Shown here in pieces: positions 1-9,493 of a stretch of DNA of 64,000 nucleotides. How positions within the stretch are numbered: the first letter of the stretch is position 1; the number at the start of each line of letters is the position of its first letter. A program made the translations under genes and the position numbers. Source of the DNA: Amoebophrya sp. A120 (Eukaryota; Protista; Dinoflagellata); assembly GCA_905178155.1 (NCBI GenBank), contig CAJINV010000005.1:1266438-1330437 (forward strand). Direction: 5' to 3'. The notes below the pieces were generated by a model that did not search any database, had not been told where the DNA came from, and saw nothing but the letters and a program-made list of their open reading frames with translations.

Positions 1-535
1 GGGGCGATCAAGGAGGCGGGGGCCCCCTGTAAGTGGGCAGTGAAAGACGGAGGCGGGGCCCCCCTGCGGGCGGGAGGGCGGGAGTCGGGGACGGGGGCCC
101 CCTTGTGGGGAGGCTACCGAGCGGGCGAGAGGCGGGAGGGCGGGGGCCCCCTGTTTTCCCCGAGGGTATGCTCGACGCTAAAAATCTAACCTTCGCCGTG
201 CCGTCGTGTTTCAAAATCTGGGCCTCAGCACGTGCCGGTCTCTTATTTGATTGTTTTCATTTTAGAAAAAAACTTAACAACAGCCTACCCCGGTATACGC
301 ATCCCAAGATGGCTCTGCGTATGCCACAAATGAATCTTCAAACAAGGAGTTGAGAGCTGAAAACTGGAAAAAAAGAGCACTGAATTGAACACACGACAGA
401 CATTTGTACAACCATGAACAGAAACTATGAATTGAATTGACTCCGGCCGTGCCTGGTTTCGACTTGTTCGGGAAGAGCTCGCTGGTTGCGTTTCCGAGCG
501 ATGTTGCTCGTGTCCACGCAATTCTTTGGCACAGC

Positions 536-2932
536 ATGAGCGAGTTTGAGGGATTAGCGTCAGCTAAAGAGCTGGCTGCTGATGCCACCGCGGATCAGGC
601 CTTCATAGAAAAATACGGAAAGAGTGAGGAGCTTCTAATGCGCCTAGGCGCAGACGCACGACACATGGCAAGTGCGAGACGAGACAGCATGGATAGCGGC
701 GAGCAGCCACTCTTCCCGCGCGCGGTGTCACCAGTTGCTGAGGCACCACAACCTACAGCGGCGGAGAGATACAAACGGATGCAGGCGAAAGCAGCAGGAC
801 TCGACACACCGGAACAACTTCGGCCGGCGAAACGAAGAGCAATCGTCCCCGGCCTTGGCAACATTCTGCTCAACGATTCGACGGCTCAACCGAGTTCATC
901 TTCCACCCAGAACACGAAACAAATTGACCCAAAACTTGACGCAGTCAGTGCTTTGGGGAGCATGACCGAAGGAAAATTTGACGAGGAGCTCTGGAATATT
1001 GCAGTGGAGGCATTCGACGTTAAGAAGACGCAGTACAAGTTCAACATGAACGAAGTAGAAGCTAATTGCTCGGACAGTACGAAGCGAGACGGGTTGCCGG
1101 GCCTGTTGAAGGCGGCAATCAACAAAGCAAAAGACGCGGCTTTCGACATCTTCAAGACAAAGCCACGGCTTTCGGCGAGGCCTCTGGTTACTACTTTGAT
1201 CGACGTCATGATGGACATCCTTGCGCATGCTTCTTCCTTTGTTCAGTTGCATGAAGGGCATGTCATGCTCGCTCGGGACCACTGGGCAACTACAAAAAAG
1301 AAAACAAAGGAAAAAACAAACGATCAAAAGAGAGTACCAGCTTGGCAAAAAATGGTGGAGAACCCGAAGAATTTGGAAGAAGCAATGGGCGAAAAAGCAT
1401 ACGAAAGTGTGAAAATCGCCATGCAAGAAATGCGGAGCAGATCGGTCGCGGAAACAACGGAGGCGTCATACATGAGTTTGATCGAGACGGCGATGTCGGC
1501 AGCAGAGCTACCAAGCAGCCTGCTCCCGGTCACATCTTCCGAAGACTTGGCCTTGATCACCTACACCACGTATCACGCACTACTAGCAAAAGGCCACGGG
1601 GTGGTGAATGCGACGGCGCCGGCAGGGGCGGGGAAAATGCGATGGGCGTATTTTTCGAAGTTGCTGTCCGCGTTCAAGTTTCACCACGAATCGAAGGTGC
1701 CGAATTTGGACTACAGGTCGCTCTTCACGCCGGCGGTGATGCGGCTGCGAATGTCGATCAAGCTGGAGTGCTACCACGGAAAAAGCGAAGAACACACGAA
1801 AACATCCATCACCTGGGAAGAACTGACCAAAATCAACGCAGCGCTGTTCCACAAGACGCGAGATCTTTGGACACAGTTCGCGGGGACCTACAGAATACGG
1901 AATTGGGACGACCAGCAGATGGCGCAGCATTCCTTCGCAAAAGAAAACAAGAACTCCTTGGTCTCGGCTGCCAACATGGTCAGAACCATGTTGCTGCTGA
2001 GGTGTGGCGTACTCGGCGAAAGGCGGAAATCAGAACTACAGCACCTACGGACAACAGATGCGGGGGCTACTTCAGGCGAGGGCGACAGTCTGAAGCTGCA
2101 TATCAGGAAATCGAAAACCGACAGACTTGGCGTTGGGTCCTACGCTGTAGTACCTGACTCCAGCGCCTTGCAACCAAGTCCGTTCTTTTTGCTCGAGGCG
2201 TTGGAGAGCTTGAAAAGCAGATTAGAAGAGCAGCACGCATTCAAGTGCCCGGAAATCACGACGGCGGACTGCAACAACCAAAAGGACCGCGACATTGTCT
2301 CGCTGAGGTACAACAAGAACGCGGAATCGCAGAAATGTAAGCTGCTGTTCACGTCATTTAACACAAAGACCAAGACCTTCACGCCCATGACAAACCAGCG
2401 GATCAACGATACGGCGCACAGTGCGCTTCTCATGGCCGGCCTACCAGGGCGCAAACGACTGCCGTTGCGCGGTTCTGGTGCGAAAATTTTCGCCAAAGGT
2501 GACAGGCAGTTGGCGCAGCGACTAGGAGGATGGGCTTCGGAGCAGATGATAGATGGCATCTACGCGCAGTCCACACCGGCCCAGATTGCGAACGCGGCCA
2601 AGTACGCGCTGGAAGCAATGGAAACCACGACCAAAATCGCAGCCATCGCCCGGGGTTTAGCACCATTGGAGGGGAGCAAGCAGATTCTGGAGGTGGCGAA
2701 GAAGTTTCAGTATTTGAGGACTGACGTGCATTTCAAAGATATCGAAAGTGTGTATCACATGCTCGACCCGAACGATCGCGATCTTTTCAACAAAGTGAAG
2801 GGGTCGTTTCTGATGGAAAATTGCACGAGAAGGAGCCCTGTTATGAACAGGATTGACATTTTTGTAGACTCGGAAAAAGCGAAAGAAGTCTTGAACAAAG
2901 TCGATATGTTGAAAAAGAGGAAGCTTCACTGA
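536..2932 (+). CDS. ORF1: uncharacterised N-terminal region plus tyrosine recombinase domain
   Basis: Motifs GERRKSEL (catalytic R), HIRKSKTD (K), LPLRGSGA (degenerate HxxR) and QRLGGWASEQMIDGIY (W, catalytic Y). First ATG at 536; the ORF track starts at TTG 437. Confidence 0.85.
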   Translation: MSEFEGLASAKELAADATADQAFIEKYGKSEELLMRLGADARHMASARRDSMDSGEQPLFPRAVSPVAEAPQPTAAERYKRMQAKAAGLDTPEQLRPAKRRAIVPGLGNILLNDSTAQPSSSSTQNTKQIDPKLDAVSALGSMTEGKFDEELWNIAVEAFDVKKTQYKFNMNEVEANCSDSTKRDGLPGLLKAAINKAKDAAFDIFKTKPRLSARPLVTTLIDVMMDILAHASSFVQLHEGHVMLARDHWATTKKKTKEKTNDQKRVPAWQKMVENPKNLEEAMGEKAYESVKIAMQEMRSRSVAETTEASYMSLIETAMSAAELPSSLLPVTSSEDLALITYTTYHALLAKGHGVVNATAPAGAGKMRWAYFSKLLSAFKFHHESKVPNLDYRSLFTPAVMRLRMSIKLECYHGKSEEHTKTSITWEELTKINAALFHKTRDLWTQFAGTYRIRNWDDQQMAQHSFAKENKNSLVSAANMVRTMLLLRCGVLGERRKSELQHLRTTDAGATSGEGDSLKLHIRKSKTDRLGVGSYAVVPDSSALQPSPFFLLEALESLKSRLEEQHAFKCPEITTADCNNQKDRDIVSLRYNKNAESQKCKLLFTSFNTKTKTFTPMTNQRINDTAHSALLMAGLPGRKRLPLRGSGAKIFAKGDRQLAQRLGGWASEQMIDGIYAQSTPAQIANAAKYALEAMETTTKIAAIARGLAPLEGSKQILEVAKKFQYLRTDVHFKDIESVYHMLDPNDRDLFNKVKGSFLMENCTRRSPVMNRIDIFVDSEKAKEVLNKVDMLKKRKLH

Positions 2933-3083
2933 ATAACAAGTAAAATTGAACCAGAATTGAAGCCAAGGCCAGGCGCCTTCACTTTGTGAGGGCGATCGGG
3001 TGGCGTCAGCCGTGATTTGGTGTTGCGCGTCGCTTCATCTTGTCGCTGGTCGTCTGTCATTGCGTATTTTCACAGACTAGAAA

Positions 3084-5522
3084 ATGCCAATCGAGTTATC
3101 ACAAAATGAGATCGTCGAACGCACGAGGCGTTTCTGTCTTGCTGTTCCCAGGTGGGGCAGGGAGATCAGGTCCGAGGTCACGCAGAGAGTCGAGCAGTTA
3201 CCGATCAACGACGCATGGTGGAACGGCAGGAAAGTACCCGTTTCGCGCGAGGAAGTACGGAAGTACATGGAAGAGCAACCGGGACCGCGGGACGAATTTC
3301 GAAAAAAAGAGGACGAGGCGGCATGGAAATCGCTCTCCATCAGCCCCCTGGTCATCAACAAGCTTCAAGTGTCGGATTACTTCAAACACCACTGGTTGGC
3401 GGGCTTCGTACTCCAAACCTCTGCCGAAGGTGCGTATTTGAGCGAAACCGCAATCAGCAGCGACGAGCCGGCATACGACAGACCAGACTTCCCCACGGTA
3501 TCAGACCACAAAGAAATTGCCAGTGCTGAAGCAAAGCGCTTGCTTAACACAGGCAAGGCGATTGCCTGGGGTCCGCGGTCGGCGGGGCCACCGAATTTGT
3601 CGGTGTCGCCCGCGAACATCATCATCAAGGAGCACAGGCCGCGAATGGTGTGCGACCTGTCGGTGGTGGGTTTGAGCGAGTTGCTGGTGCCAGTACCTAC
3701 GGAATACAAGAGCATCGAAGATTTTCTGAGTGTACTCGTCCAAAACGCTTACGCGTTCGGCGCGGACGCTACTGATTGCTTCTGGAGTTGGCTTATAGCT
3801 GCCCTGAGTAGAAGACTACTTGGGTTGAACGGCCCCAGATTACCAAGCGACATTGACGAAGCTGTTGAACAAGGCGCGACGCGGAACGATTTGGAAAACG
3901 CTTCTACAGAAGTCCGGCGGGTCATCAGCCTACTCTATGCCAGCATGGGGCTCGCGATTTCCCCCGGGGTCAACGATGGTTCGATAAAGGAATGTATCAG
4001 GGTGCTGCGCATCCTCTACCCGGAGATCCGAGTTTTCGACTTCGTCGACGATTTCAGGGGGACCGACGAAAGCAATCCAGCCTCTTTTGAAGCTGTTTAC
4101 AAAGCCATGATGCGATTTCGGATGGTATTCGAAGCCATCGGCGTGAAACTGCATGAGTGGCAAGTGAAGAAGCTCGATAAAATGATATATCCTTCAATGA
4201 GGTTTGATTGGATTGGTTTCACCATCCACACCGACGAGCTGATCACTCTCCTGGAAGACGCGAAGAGGAAAAAATTTCTGGCCGAACTCGAAGAGCTGAT
4301 CCTGACCGCGCTGCGGTTGAAGTACGTGCAGGCCAAGCACCTGTGTGCGGTGGTTGGAAAGCTCTCCTTTACTACATTTGTTGTACGTATGGGGCGAATC
4401 TTTTTGAGAAATTCCTACGACTCCCTGGCCCTGTCAGGCGCCGTGAAACTCTGGACACGCGGAAACAAGAAGGCGAGCCCACGAATCGCCATTACGGACG
4501 AGTTGCTGGATGACTGGCACTGGTGGCGCGACACCCTCCAGGCAATCCCCAAGTTGAAGATCCACAAGAGAACCGATGAAAAACTCTACCTGTTCGTGCC
4601 GAATTTGCTTGACGACCCGGAAGCAGTGATGAGGATTCCGCCGGAGGCCATCACACAACTCAAGGGAGATGCTTCGAAAAAAGGATGGGGCGTGACGGCG
4701 AGTTCCGATACTAGGCGGTGGAAAGACGGTTTCCGGTCCATCGACGGTGCGGCGTCGTCGTCCAACAAGCGAGAACTTGCGATGTGGAGCGAAGCTTTCG
4801 AGCTGGCGGCGCCAGAGCTGGCAGGCTCCTTGTTGCTCGTCAGAACCGACAACAAATGCGCACGGCACTACTTGAGCTTCTATGTCGGGAATGTAAAAAC
4901 ACTTTCGACCATTGGAAGGCGGATCGCCACTCTGCTTTCGCAGTATGGCATCTCCCTGATTGCCCTCCACTTGAAAGGTGTTTTCAACGTGGTCGCCGAT
5001 ATGCTGTCTCGACTCAGGATGAAAGCCGAACTGCAGGACTTGTTTCCGAACAAAGTGCTAAAAAAGCGCACAAGGGACGCGATTTTTGCGAGGCTAGGCG
5101 GTCCGCCGACGCTCGACGCAATGGCCTTACGGGATGGAAGTAACGCCATTTGCGAAAAGTACTTGCTTGACTTCGCCAACTGGGATTGTTTCGCCCAAAC
5201 ACCCGAGTACATGGCGCAGTTCGTCTCCTGGTTCCATCCGAGTCTCGACTTGTTGTATCCGATCCTTAAACTGCTGATGGGATGGCTGAAAATCGAGGAG
5301 GGAAAGCGACCAGCAGCACTTCTTCTCATGCCTAAGTTCATCAGTAGGTTCATTTTTATGACTTCAAAATTTTGGCAAGTTGCAAAATTGAAAAAAGGAA
5401 CACAGCCATTCGAAGATCGCGAAGCACTCTTGGAGCCGATCCCGCAACCGTTCATGATTCTCTCCAAGGTGCCGCCGCAAGTACTACGCGAGCGTCTCAC
5501 TAGTATGAGCCGTGCATTGTAG
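3084..5522 (+). CDS. ORF2: reverse transcriptase + RNase H + degenerate DIRS-type adenine methyltransferase-like domain
   Basis: RT motifs RPRMVCDLS, ADATDCF, SMGLAISPG, FVDD, WIGFTI. RNase H motifs GDASKKGWG, SNKREL, RTDN, NVVADMLSR. C-terminal LDAMA..N..C.KY...WFHPS...LLMP resembles the DIRS MT domain. Confidence 0.9.
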   Translation: MPIELSQNEIVERTRRFCLAVPRWGREIRSEVTQRVEQLPINDAWWNGRKVPVSREEVRKYMEEQPGPRDEFRKKEDEAAWKSLSISPLVINKLQVSDYFKHHWLAGFVLQTSAEGAYLSETAISSDEPAYDRPDFPTVSDHKEIASAEAKRLLNTGKAIAWGPRSAGPPNLSVSPANIIIKEHRPRMVCDLSVVGLSELLVPVPTEYKSIEDFLSVLVQNAYAFGADATDCFWSWLIAALSRRLLGLNGPRLPSDIDEAVEQGATRNDLENASTEVRRVISLLYASMGLAISPGVNDGSIKECIRVLRILYPEIRVFDFVDDFRGTDESNPASFEAVYKAMMRFRMVFEAIGVKLHEWQVKKLDKMIYPSMRFDWIGFTIHTDELITLLEDAKRKKFLAELEELILTALRLKYVQAKHLCAVVGKLSFTTFVVRMGRIFLRNSYDSLALSGAVKLWTRGNKKASPRIAITDELLDDWHWWRDTLQAIPKLKIHKRTDEKLYLFVPNLLDDPEAVMRIPPEAITQLKGDASKKGWGVTASSDTRRWKDGFRSIDGAASSSNKRELAMWSEAFELAAPELAGSLLLVRTDNKCARHYLSFYVGNVKTLSTIGRRIATLLSQYGISLIALHLKGVFNVVADMLSRLRMKAELQDLFPNKVLKKRTRDAIFARLGGPPTLDAMALRDGSNAICEKYLLDFANWDCFAQTPEYMAQFVSWFHPSLDLLYPILKLLMGWLKIEEGKRPAALLLMPKFISRFIFMTSKFWQVAKLKKGTQPFEDREALLEPIPQPFMILSKVPPQVLRERLTSMSRAL

Positions 5523-5665
5523 GTTATTTGGGATATTTGGGTGCAAAAATATGTCACGGACATACCACGTTCGTGAGGGTGTTTCCTCGATGCCGCGGAG
5601 CGACCTCGCGGACCGTGTGCGACCTTTCACTATAGCCGCCTGATGATCTTCGGCGAGAAGATCGC

Positions 5666-5715
5666 GTGAAGTCATTGGCACGTTGATAGTTTGGGCGGTA
5701 GGATCGAGCATTCAT
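5666..5715 (+). repeat. 50-bp direct repeat, copy 1 (putative B1 split direct repeat)
   Basis: gtgaagtcattggcacgttgatagtttgggcggtaggatcgagcattcat, identical to 6138-6187. Confidence 0.95.
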
Positions 5716-6137
5716 TTAGGCTGTGAAGGATCGCCAAAGATACGATCTCAGACGAATGAATTTGCGATGCCCGCATGTAAAATGAAAACGTAAATCTAGA
5801 CTGTTGTTCTTGTGATCGCAGAGATCACTCGGGTAGCCCGCTGGTTCGTACGTTGAATCACCCACCCGCCCGTCCCACACGTGATTAGTTACGTTGCGCT
5901 GCAAGACCTCAGAGATCAGCGCGACGCAGTTCAGTACAAGGAATAAAACTCGGCCAGTGACAGCTGCCGTGGGATGGGTGCGTTCTTGATTCTAGGCAGT
6001 TCAGTTTATGAGCTTAGACACAGTCCGATGAAACAGACCATTTGGAAGGACTTGAACCCACTCGCTTAGCCTGAGCAAAAAGAAAGTTGCAGCCAGTACT
6101 TCCACGCGCGACATAGACATCTTCAAGAGGGTACACT

Positions 6138-6187
6138 GTGAAGTCATTGGCACGTTGATAGTTTGGGCGGTAGGATCGAGCATTCAT
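6138..6187 (+). repeat. 50-bp direct repeat, copy 2 (putative B2, 3' end of element)
   Basis: Identical to 5666-5715 and immediately followed by host coding sequence. Confidence 0.95.
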
Positions 6188-7750
6188 ATGAAGGCAGTCG
6201 AGGGGAAGCCGAGTGTCACCGTCGTCCAGGCGGATCAGTCGAAGCCCGAAACTATCAAATGTAAAAATGTCTGGGTCTGGAAGAATGCAACTTGTGATGC
6301 TATTTTTGGAATCCAAAAAAATCTGTATTGCATGAGCAACAAGAGGCGTCCAGTTTTTGCTCCGCGGAGAGGGGATTTCTCATGCGGGATAGGCATCAAA
6401 ATACCCGCAAAAAATTTGTGATGCTGGTGCATACATCACAGACATCACGGGTCATGCAAAATGTGCATGACAAACCTTGCAATCTTCCAGACCCAGACAT
6501 TTTTACATTTGATAGAAACGCTGGATGAGGTGCTCAAAGGCGCGTACGGGGTGTTCAATGTGACCGCGTTCTGGGCTTCGGCCACGGACGGGGGCACCGG
6601 CTCGGACAAGCCCACGGACGCCGCCTACGAGAAGATGCAGGCGCTGAACGTGAACGCGGCCTGTGCGAAAGCGGGGGTCAAGCATCTGGTGTTCTCCATG
6701 TTGGAAAACACGGCCAACCACAAAGATTTTAACCAGGACAAGGCGTTCAAGGCCGTCGAAGGAAGTACCTACGTCGTTCCGCACTTCGACGCGAAGGGCG
6801 AAGCGAGCGAGGCGCTGAACGAGCAGAAGGACGTGGCGGTGGACTTCGTCATGGTCGGTTTTTACTACGGCAACTTTTTCGGGATGAAGCCGCAGAAGGG
6901 CGAGGACGGGAAGTACGCCATGTACATGCCCCTCGGGGGTTGAGCACTCAACTGCGAAACGTAAATGAGCACGCGGAGCCCGCGCGTCCCCATGCACAAA
7001 TGAATGAATGAATGAAGGTGAAGTGCATCGACGTGCCGGTCGAGGGCTGGATCGCGAGCGGTGTTTCCATGGGGATGGACCCGATTGTCTGCCGCGACTT
7101 CGTATCAACTGCAAAAGTGTCTGGGTCTGGAAGAATGCATGTTTATCATGCTTGTCTGGCATGACTCTTACATCTGTCATGCACGTCACTCGAGAGCTCC
7201 ATTTTTCTGTCATGCAGAAACACAGTTTGTCATGCAGAATAGGCAACACCTAGAAGGAGCCCAGAAACTTGTCAAGCTGAGCTAGCACTTGTGGCCTCAT
7301 CATGACACGCCACCCAGCATCACAAGTTTCCAGACCCAGACATATTTGCATTTGATACTGCGGGCAGATGTTCGCGTTTTACCAGACGGAGTCGGCGATG
7401 GATATGGCCTTCTCAAACGTTACTTTCTCAACTGTTACATGCATTTGCCATGCGAAATGACCATCAATATCTGCATTATCAAGCTGCTTCGCTTGACGAC
7501 TCGTCGACGTGCTAGATAGCCTTAGAATCTTCTGCGCCAAAGAACCTGTAATGCAAAAGGCGAAACCTGCCCCCTTTCACTTTTGTCATTCTTGCATTGC
7601 AAATTCATGCAACAGCTGGTGAGTGTAAAGTTTGAGAGCTCCATACTGGAAAAGCGCGAAGAATTCTACAACGCGGGCAAGGGCAAAATGATGGCCTTCG
7701 AAGACTGGCTGAAGAACGTGAAACCCTACCTCTACCCGGATCTTGCGTAA
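6188..7750 (+). CDS. NmrA-like NAD(P)-binding protein, 3' part (multi-exon, possibly disrupted)
   Basis: Spliced translation VVQADQSKPET|LDEVLKGAYGVFNVTAFW...AGVKHLVFS...VPHFDAKG...FGQMFAFY...AFEDWLKN. N-terminal GxxGxxG is absent from the window. Contains two introners and probable GT-AG introns (e.g. 6939-7017). Confidence 0.8.
6253..6514. mobile_element. TIR introner, family A
   Basis: 32-bp TIR tatcaaatgtaaaaatgtctgggtctggaaga; TSD GAAAC (6248-52, 6515-19); removal gives PET-LDE. Confidence 0.92.
7103..7357. mobile_element. TIR introner, family A (subtype 2)
   Basis: TIR; TSD CTTCG/CTGCG; removal gives CRDF-GQMFAFYQ. Confidence 0.88.
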
Positions 7751-9493
7751 GTAGAAGTGGTTCATTTCACCAGGTTTTTACGCAGAATCCTTTATCACTG
7801 GACGGCACAACTTACACTTACTCGCGGTTTTTACATAAAAACCTTTTTCTCGTACAAGCCGGATGTTCGTCATTGTGACATCAAGCGAAAGTGATGTGCA
7901 AAAGATGACTTTTTAATAGCTCTATCATCGATCTAGAGTGGTTGCTGAATTTGATAGCACGTTAATCCCCTACGTGGAACTTCTCAAAGCATCGAAGTCG
8001 ATGCCGGGCACAACCAGTGTCAGTTTTTAAGAACGAATTTTTCAAATAGGATCGACTTTACTTTTAGTACTTTTCGGTTGCTTAGCCTTAGCTTGCATCA
8101 ACGGAATACCTTACATAAAAGATAAAATAGCTCAGACGAATCAAATTCTATGCATCGATAGAAAGCACAGAATTTCTACCGTTTCACATCATTTTTGGTT
8201 TCCTGTTCCGTTTCCGTTGCCCAGTGCACGACCGACATAATCGTAGTACTAGACGACGTTTTTGCTTATTGTAGCAGGTAGGAGCCTAGAGCGGGACTAG
8301 GAATGGCACGGAGAAAATGGAAGTGGATAGCTGATCTAGAACTGAAACTGATCCGATCGTTGATGGTGTGCAGACAATGTCAATGATTGAGTTGTACAAC
8401 GAAATGACCAATTGTTTTGCTTAGCGCATTTTTGTGAAGCATGGATGTCAGGGCGCTTTTTGTGACCAATTATTGTATTGTTCTGCATCGATCCGACTTT
8501 TGGCGATGGACCTATCGTAGTCGTTGTTGGAGTGTGGTGGGCGTCAAGGTTAAGAGTGAGATACCATGGCTCGTCGGAACCTCCCAAGAGAAAAATAGCT
8601 CGGCGGAAAATTTTAGCTGGTTCCACCGGGGATTTGTATTGGCCTTCTTCGGCAATTGTTTTTCGGCTTTGACGCTGAAACAATTCCAATTTTCTGCATC
8701 GCAGACAAACCAGTAACTTCGAACCATTCCACAGGTCGAGCTTTCGTTCTTTCCGTTCAGGTGTCGTGCATCGTTTGGGTTTGGCCTCGGCGCGATATGT
8801 TGGCTAGTAAGTACTTTTATTTATTGCTTGTTTCCTTAATTTCCCTTTCGTTTTCTTTCGTAGACAGTTCTTTCCTTTCGCCAGCGCATGGCATGAGGAT
8901 TTCTTTATCGTTTTCAAGCGGTACGAAGCTATAAAGAGGGATAAGTCAACAAATCTTCTATGAAATTGCCCTTTGGCGTGATGATCGTGGTCTGTGCGAC
9001 CTGTAAACTGCAATAACTGGCGTGCTGGGAGATCGTAGCACTTCGTGTCGTGTTTGCGAGCACTTCTCTTGTCCTCGTGCAACGTTTTCATCGTACTTCC
9101 GGACGCTTGTAGCAGTTGTAGCTTGTACAGCGTATAAATCAAGTAGTGCTCAGTTCCCTTGGTGTATGTGGTATTTATCGAGCTGAAGCGGAAAGGTGTG
9201 CATGCTTTTCACGTCCTCGTCAAGAACAGAATCAGATCTGACAAAGGTAGTTGTCGTTCTTGTTCGTACACCACTCAGCTCAAGCGTATAGTCGTGTACC
9301 ACAAGAACTAATCGTGTCAATCATTAGTAGAGCTACAACGAAAATTGGAAATAAACGCAGTTCCCAGGATTTTAGTTGTGGTCCACAACAACAACGTGTT
9401 CACAGCATCTTTTTTTCCTAAACTGCTAAATAGCAAACGCAAAGCGCACACTGCTCGTGGTCTAGTCTAGTAATCTTTACGACACAACAGAAA

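Larger units (their letters stand above)
437..6187 (+). mobile_element. Tyrosine-recombinase (DIRS-order) retrotransposon; 5' end probably outside the window
   Basis: Two long intact intronless ORFs (YR; RT-RNaseH-MT-like), then a perfect 50-bp direct repeat at 5666-5715 and 6138-6187. Host NmrA-like coding sequence resumes at 6188. Confidence 0.85.

Noticed and set aside
437-2932. This YR as the enzyme that mobilises the introners
   Set aside because: No shared terminal sequence was seen. Variable-sequence 5-bp TSDs with TIRs fit DDE-type staggered cuts better. Not formally excluded.
3084-5522. Bacterial retron, group II intron or DGR reverse transcriptase next to a phage integrase
   Set aside because: DIRS-type RNase H and the eukaryotic intron-containing context indicate a YR retrotransposon. 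The two 50-bp repeats are identical, with no adenine-specific TR/VR differences.
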